UHGV virus genome: UHGV-0060643
Reading direction: 5' to 3' (one strand)
Length of the DNA: 64,000 nucleotides
Origin: a virus
Shown here in pieces: positions 59,571-64,000 of the stretch (position 1 is the stretch's first letter; each line of letters begins with the position of its first letter). The translations under genes were made by a program, and so were the position numbers. Below the pieces are notes generated by a model. That model was not told the origin of the DNA and did not search any database. It saw nothing but the letters and a program-made list of their open reading frames with translations.

Positions 59571-60943
59571 TTCTGTAACGAACGAATCAGGAAGTAAAGC
59601 AGTAGCGCGTTACGCAGTGCAGCTAACGCAGACTCGTGGCGAATGTGTGTCTCTTTCGCTGCCAGTTTCTCAATGCGAGAACGCAACGACAACACATACG
59701 GGTTAGGCGATTTCGACGCCTGGTACAACGCACGCATACGCTGTAATACCGTGACCGCATCATTGAAGTTAATTCGGTTGGTAACGATTTCGTCAAAAGC
59801 GTGAGACAACGTGTCTTCCATGATGCTGTTAACTTCATCACGTTTCTTCCCGATGGGGAGTCCTGCGATATACGTCAGCAACGTTTTCAGTGCCGCAGGT
59901 GACGCTTTCGGTACCATCTCCAGCACCACACGCGCCAACTCTTCTTTGTACAAATTGTTGATATCGTAAGACGCATCAAACAGGTTCTGTTTTGCGATTT
60001 CCAACGCACCGACTTTGTCACGAATCACCGACTGTCCGTCTAATTCCACACGTGCCGACTGGCTGACCACACGAGCGTTCTCACGACGTACACGGTCGAG
60101 CACCGCGTAGTAGTCTTTCACGGTTTGCTTCGTACGGGTATTCAGGTCGGTGATATAACGCAACACCATATCCGGCGCATCGAAACGTTTTACCGCATCG
60201 TAGTTAGGGTATTCCGGAGAACAGAAATACGTTGCACGTTCTGCCATGTGCAACCCCCAGTTCCCTAAACGACGAATATCGAATTTCATCGACAACATCG
60301 AGTACGCGGCTTCGGCAGCAGGTAAGTCTACCGGCTTCGGGAAGAAGTGGTAGTAAATACTCGAGTAAAATTTGAACTGAAGAATCGTCACCAGGTCGAT
60401 AGCCGCAGCGAGAATCTCTTTGTCACCGAACTTCGGAATCATCAGGTGCAACAGATACACGATGGTCAGGTTATACGTGTCACCCGCCACCTGCCAATCG
60501 GTATTGATGGAATGCGACTCTTTAATCAACTCTGACAGATAGTCTTCGTCGATGTTAATCACCTCATCGAACAGACGGTTACGGTCAGAATCGAAAAAAC
60601 GAATGCTGTGGACACCGAGGAGGTTCGACCCTAACCACTCCACGTTGCCTTCACGAGAGAGTATCCCGCTTACGTAGTGACGCAGCTTAGACGCCAGCTT
60701 GCGATCAATCACGAGTTTGTTAAACACGCTGTCAAACGCTTTACGTAAACGGTCGTCGTGACGGGCTTCGTGAGCGACGGAGAATCCCATCGGTACGTAG
60801 CCACCAAAACCGTAGTCGTAGTACAAACCCGGTGAGGTTTCCGCGTCGTCGAAGTACGGGTCGTGACCGAACGATTCCTGAGCAACGCGGGTTCCGGTGG
60901 TTTGATAACAACCGGAGGTAAAATCATAAACCAGTTCAGCCAT
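59567..60943 (-). CDS. hypothetical protein
   Basis: 458-aa ORF, RBS gaggt. Confidence 0.7.
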   Translation of the reverse strand: MAELVYDFTSGCYQTTGTRVAQESFGHDPYFDDAETSPGLYYDYGFGGYVPMGFSVAHEARHDDRLRKAFDSVFNKLVIDRKLASKLRHYVSGILSREGNVEWLGSNLLGVHSIRFFDSDRNRLFDEVINIDEDYLSELIKESHSINTDWQVAGDTYNLTIVYLLHLMIPKFGDKEILAAAIDLVTILQFKFYSSIYYHFFPKPVDLPAAEAAYSMLSMKFDIRRLGNWGLHMAERATYFCSPEYPNYDAVKRFDAPDMVLRYITDLNTRTKQTVKDYYAVLDRVRRENARVVSQSARVELDGQSVIRDKVGALEIAKQNLFDASYDINNLYKEELARVVLEMVPKASPAALKTLLTYIAGLPIGKKRDEVNSIMEDTLSHAFDEIVTNRINFNDAVTVLQRMRALYQASKSPNPYVLSLRSRIEKLAAKETHIRHESALAALRNALLLYFLIRSLQK

Positions 60944-61015
60944 CAGTGAACCTCGAAATTATTACGGATAGATATTATCCTAGTGAGAGTCTTATTACCT
61001 AAAGGAGTTTTTACC

Positions 61016-62140
61016 ATGAGAAATTATCTGCGCAAACCTGCTTGGCACAAGATGTTGCGTGAAGGTACCATCGACCGCGAACAACAAGTCAAGATGTGGG
61101 TGCTTCCTCACGGCGTGATTTGTGACCTGGACAGAGTCGGTGGGATGGACATCCTGCGTAACGGTACTTACGACGCCGTCAACTCGTTCTTAGCACGAGA
61201 ACTGGCGGAAGCAGGGTTACAAGGCGAGGTGTTATTTTACACCACCCGTGTTATCCCACAAACGCTGTCTAAGTGGTTAACGTACTGGCTGTCTAGTGAC
61301 CCTGACGCATCAGACCCCGAACTCAGTTCGGTAACGATTACCACACTAGGCCAGTATCCCACGAAACCCTTGCCTTTCCAGGTGAACGTTGTTGAGCCAT
61401 TAATCGTAAAAGCCGGTGACGTATTTGACATGATTAAAGTCAAATCCCGTAACCAAGCCGTTTCCCAGTTTATCATCGAAACGGGTGAACACACATTCCG
61501 ATTAGAACCTGTCCGTAAAACCGATGCGACGCTTTTGGCCGTAACGGATTACGGAATCGTTTGTCGTTCTTCCGAAGGACACACCTTCCTGTGCACGATA
61601 CTCTCACGACGTATTCAGGCACAGTTAGAACACTACAAACTTTCCCTGGAAGACATCGTCGGTACGACGTTACGTATCGAATACACGATGTACACGGAAG
61701 GGAATCGGCTGTGTAATTACAAGTCCCCTATCGCATACCGAGCGTTAGCGCTGGACAACATGGGAGACTGGGTCTCAACGACATACGAAGGGCCTTCCCC
61801 GTTCAAAACCATTCCAACACAACGACCGGCGTTATTGACCGTTACCCGCTGTAACCGTGCCGAGATTTTCGAGGAAGGGGGTGTGATTTCCGGTTACGAA
61901 CGTGAAACAGGGTTAACGCTTTTCCGCTTCCGACGGGGTGCGGAGTACGGTCGCTATGCAGCGGTATTCGAACGAGACGGTAAGCAAGAAACCTGGCTTT
62001 TCGAATCGGATTTCTCCGTTGAGGTGATTGACCCTGAAGGCTTTGTGGCTTCAGTGGGGAGTCAGATTTTCTACGCCACGGGCTACAGCCTGTTGGAGGT
62101 AAAACTGCACTACCCTCAGAAAGAACAGGTCTGTCCGTAA
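61016..62140 (+). CDS. hypothetical protein
   Basis: ATG 61016 with RBS aaaggag (track start 60983 is an upstream GTG). Confidence 0.65.
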   Translation: MRNYLRKPAWHKMLREGTIDREQQVKMWVLPHGVICDLDRVGGMDILRNGTYDAVNSFLARELAEAGLQGEVLFYTTRVIPQTLSKWLTYWLSSDPDASDPELSSVTITTLGQYPTKPLPFQVNVVEPLIVKAGDVFDMIKVKSRNQAVSQFIIETGEHTFRLEPVRKTDATLLAVTDYGIVCRSSEGHTFLCTILSRRIQAQLEHYKLSLEDIVGTTLRIEYTMYTEGNRLCNYKSPIAYRALALDNMGDWVSTTYEGPSPFKTIPTQRPALLTVTRCNRAEIFEEGGVISGYERETGLTLFRFRRGAEYGRYAAVFERDGKQETWLFESDFSVEVIDPEGFVASVGSQIFYATGYSLLEVKLHYPQKEQVCP

Positions 62141-62150
62141 AAAAAATATC

Positions 62151-62190
62151 GGGTGGCTTCGGCCACCTGTTTTTTTTTTATTTTTTTTTT
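62151..62190 (+). terminator. intrinsic terminator with unusually long T-tract
   Basis: gggtggc ttcg gccacc hairpin followed by tgtttttttttttatttttttttt. Confidence 0.65.
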
Positions 62191-62884
62191 GCCAAAAAAA
62201 CTTCGACCTCCTCAGAGCGATTCTAACGCATTTTTAGGTCGAGGTGGTACGTTCGTATACCCTGGGTGAGTTTTTCTCGTTAGAGAGCTTCTCAGGAAGA
62301 ATTTGACGGGGTTTTATTCCCTGTCGAAGAATTTATTTTAACCCAAACCGCAACAAACCCCAAAACCGGGTGCTGGATTGTCTCTGGAAACCCTATCCGG
62401 TTGGTGATTTTTTAACCGGATTTCGTAAAACGCTCTAGAAACGATTTTAACGCGGTTTTTACCCCTACCCAGTACACTTGGGTTACCTGACCCCGTTTAG
62501 CGCGATGTGGAGCGATTGAGAAAGCGTACGACCCCTTGCCGGGGGTGGGTGAGACCCGACCCTGCCACCCGACGGCCAGCCGCCGTGCCGATCAAAAAAA
62601 CATTCACGCTTCGCGTACTAACGGATCAAGTGATTGGATCAACGTTTTGAATCTTCACACACTGAAGATTCAAGTTGAGTAGTTATCTTGCTTGGTTTTT
62701 TAAATACTCTCGAGAGACCTCAAGTCTCTCGGATCGATCTTAAAAATTTAACTCTCTCAAAAACCTGATCTCAAGATCTCTTCCTTATACGCGTGTGCGT
62801 GCGCACACGTATAGTATAATATATTTATTTATAAACTAAAAACAGAAAATATATTCAAAACATCAAATATTTCTTTAACCCTGC

Positions 62885-63960
62885 CTATCTCTTCAGCAAC
62901 CCGATCTTCAGGTTCAGCTTGAAATAGTAAACTCCATTCTCCCGCTCCAGATAACCATATTTATCTTTCTCGGTAGAGCCTTTCTCCAGGCGGCTGTTCT
63001 GGAAAAGGAAATCGGCAAAAGTCTGACGGAAAGCACGCTGATAACACAGCACTTCTCCCTCGCCGGTCACAAACAGAAAACCGCAGATGGCCGAGTCGGT
63101 GCCGTTGTATAATTTGGCCGGACGCATACCCGTAGCCAGTGCCAGCAGCAGTTCCTTGATCTTATATTCATAAAATCCATGCTTGCTGATCAGCTCATCC
63201 TTGATCTTGAGCGGATTCAGTTTCTTCAGTTCTTCAGTCAGTTCAGACACTTTCGTAATGCCGTCGAGCCACATCAGACGCGTCATTTCAGCCAGCAGAC
63301 GTCCCATGTGCAGGTCGATCATCGAAAGGTTGCTGCGGAAAATCTTGTCGGCCACGTCATTGTATTTCAACGCTCCTCCCAGACGCTCGATCATCAGCAT
63401 ACGTCCGATGACATCGTCCTCCTCGCCATACGCATTGATCTTGCTGACAGTAGGCGTGGCAAAACGGACACCGGTCTGCTCAAACTTGAAGTTCGCAGCC
63501 CGCCCTCCGTCCATAAGAGGCAACATCATTCCCAGGCGCGAGCGTACACAAAAGCCGGTGAGCGGAGCATCCACCGAATAAAATGCCACACTGAAATCCG
63601 TGCGGTCGTCGGTCTTGGCCTCAAGGTCGAAAATAGCCACCTCATCGAGGAACTCCTCCACCCCGTCGGGCGAAGTCACCTCGTCCTCCCGGCTGTTGCG
63701 GATTGCCTCCAGCACCAGGTCGGCCACCGTTCCGAAATCTTCACGCGGGATATGCTTGTCCATATTCTCTCCGACAATATGGATTTCCTCCTTCTCAATG
63801 ATATAACGACGGGTACCGTCGTGTTCTTCGCGCTGCACCATTGCAACCGGCAGGCTGACCGCCTCGTTCGCCGTCACTTCCGGTGTTCCGGCAGCTACCT
63901 TTCCGTCTGCCAGCAGGCGAAAGAACGCATACAGTTCGCCCCATTCTCTCTTACTTGCTT
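62885..63960 (-). CDS. hypothetical protein with foreign codon usage; possible PD-(D/E)xK nuclease (restriction-endonuclease-like), unverified
   Basis: 358-aa ORF from ATG at 63958-63960 (MAFEASKREW...); GAG/AAG/GGA/CGC-rich codons unlike the rest of the window; motif EFLDEVAIFDLEAK could be D...ExK; family not identified. Confidence 0.6.
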
Positions 63961-64000
63961 CAAATGCCATATCTCTAAATTCTGTTTTCGGGGGCAAAGG

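Noticed and set aside
62190-62880. Possible tRNA or CRISPR array in the ORF-free region
   Set aside because: No T-loop consensus or cloverleaf could be traced, and there are no regularly spaced direct repeats; only hairpins and palindromes are present.
1-64000. Prophage or integrated mobile element signatures (integrase, transposase, att sites)
   Set aside because: No integrase or transposase motifs were recognised; gene content points to a virulent jumbo phage.

Overview
Most of this window (1 to about 62140) reads as a segment of a large virulent, phiKZ-like (Chimalliviridae-type) jumbo phage with enterobacterial-like codon usage; the last ~1.9 kb differs in composition and may be foreign. 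All calls are from reading motifs by eye; no searches were run. Coordinates for CDS include the stop codon. Layout: (1) 1-25.3 kb, a densely packed, mostly plus-strand block of small genes separated by intrinsic terminators, including a DEDDh exonuclease, an RNase H fusion, a RecA/UvsX-like ATPase, thymidylate synthase and a MazG-like domain protein; (2) 25.3-41.1 kb, a virion module with a 2377-aa protein carrying a lytic transglycosylase (SLT) domain, divergently adjacent to two proteins with multisubunit-RNAP beta-prime and beta motifs; (3) 41-62 kb, further plus-strand genes (5'-nucleotidase-like, HD-domain), a minus-strand 685-aa/291-aa pair that is sheath/tube-like by size and order, and a T4-like large terminase; (4) 62141-64000, a hairpin-rich ~745 bp region with no ORF, then a minus-strand gene with clearly different codon usage and a possible PD-(D/E)xK motif. 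No rRNA, tRNA, CRISPR array, integrase or transposase was recognised. Most proteins remain hypothetical.
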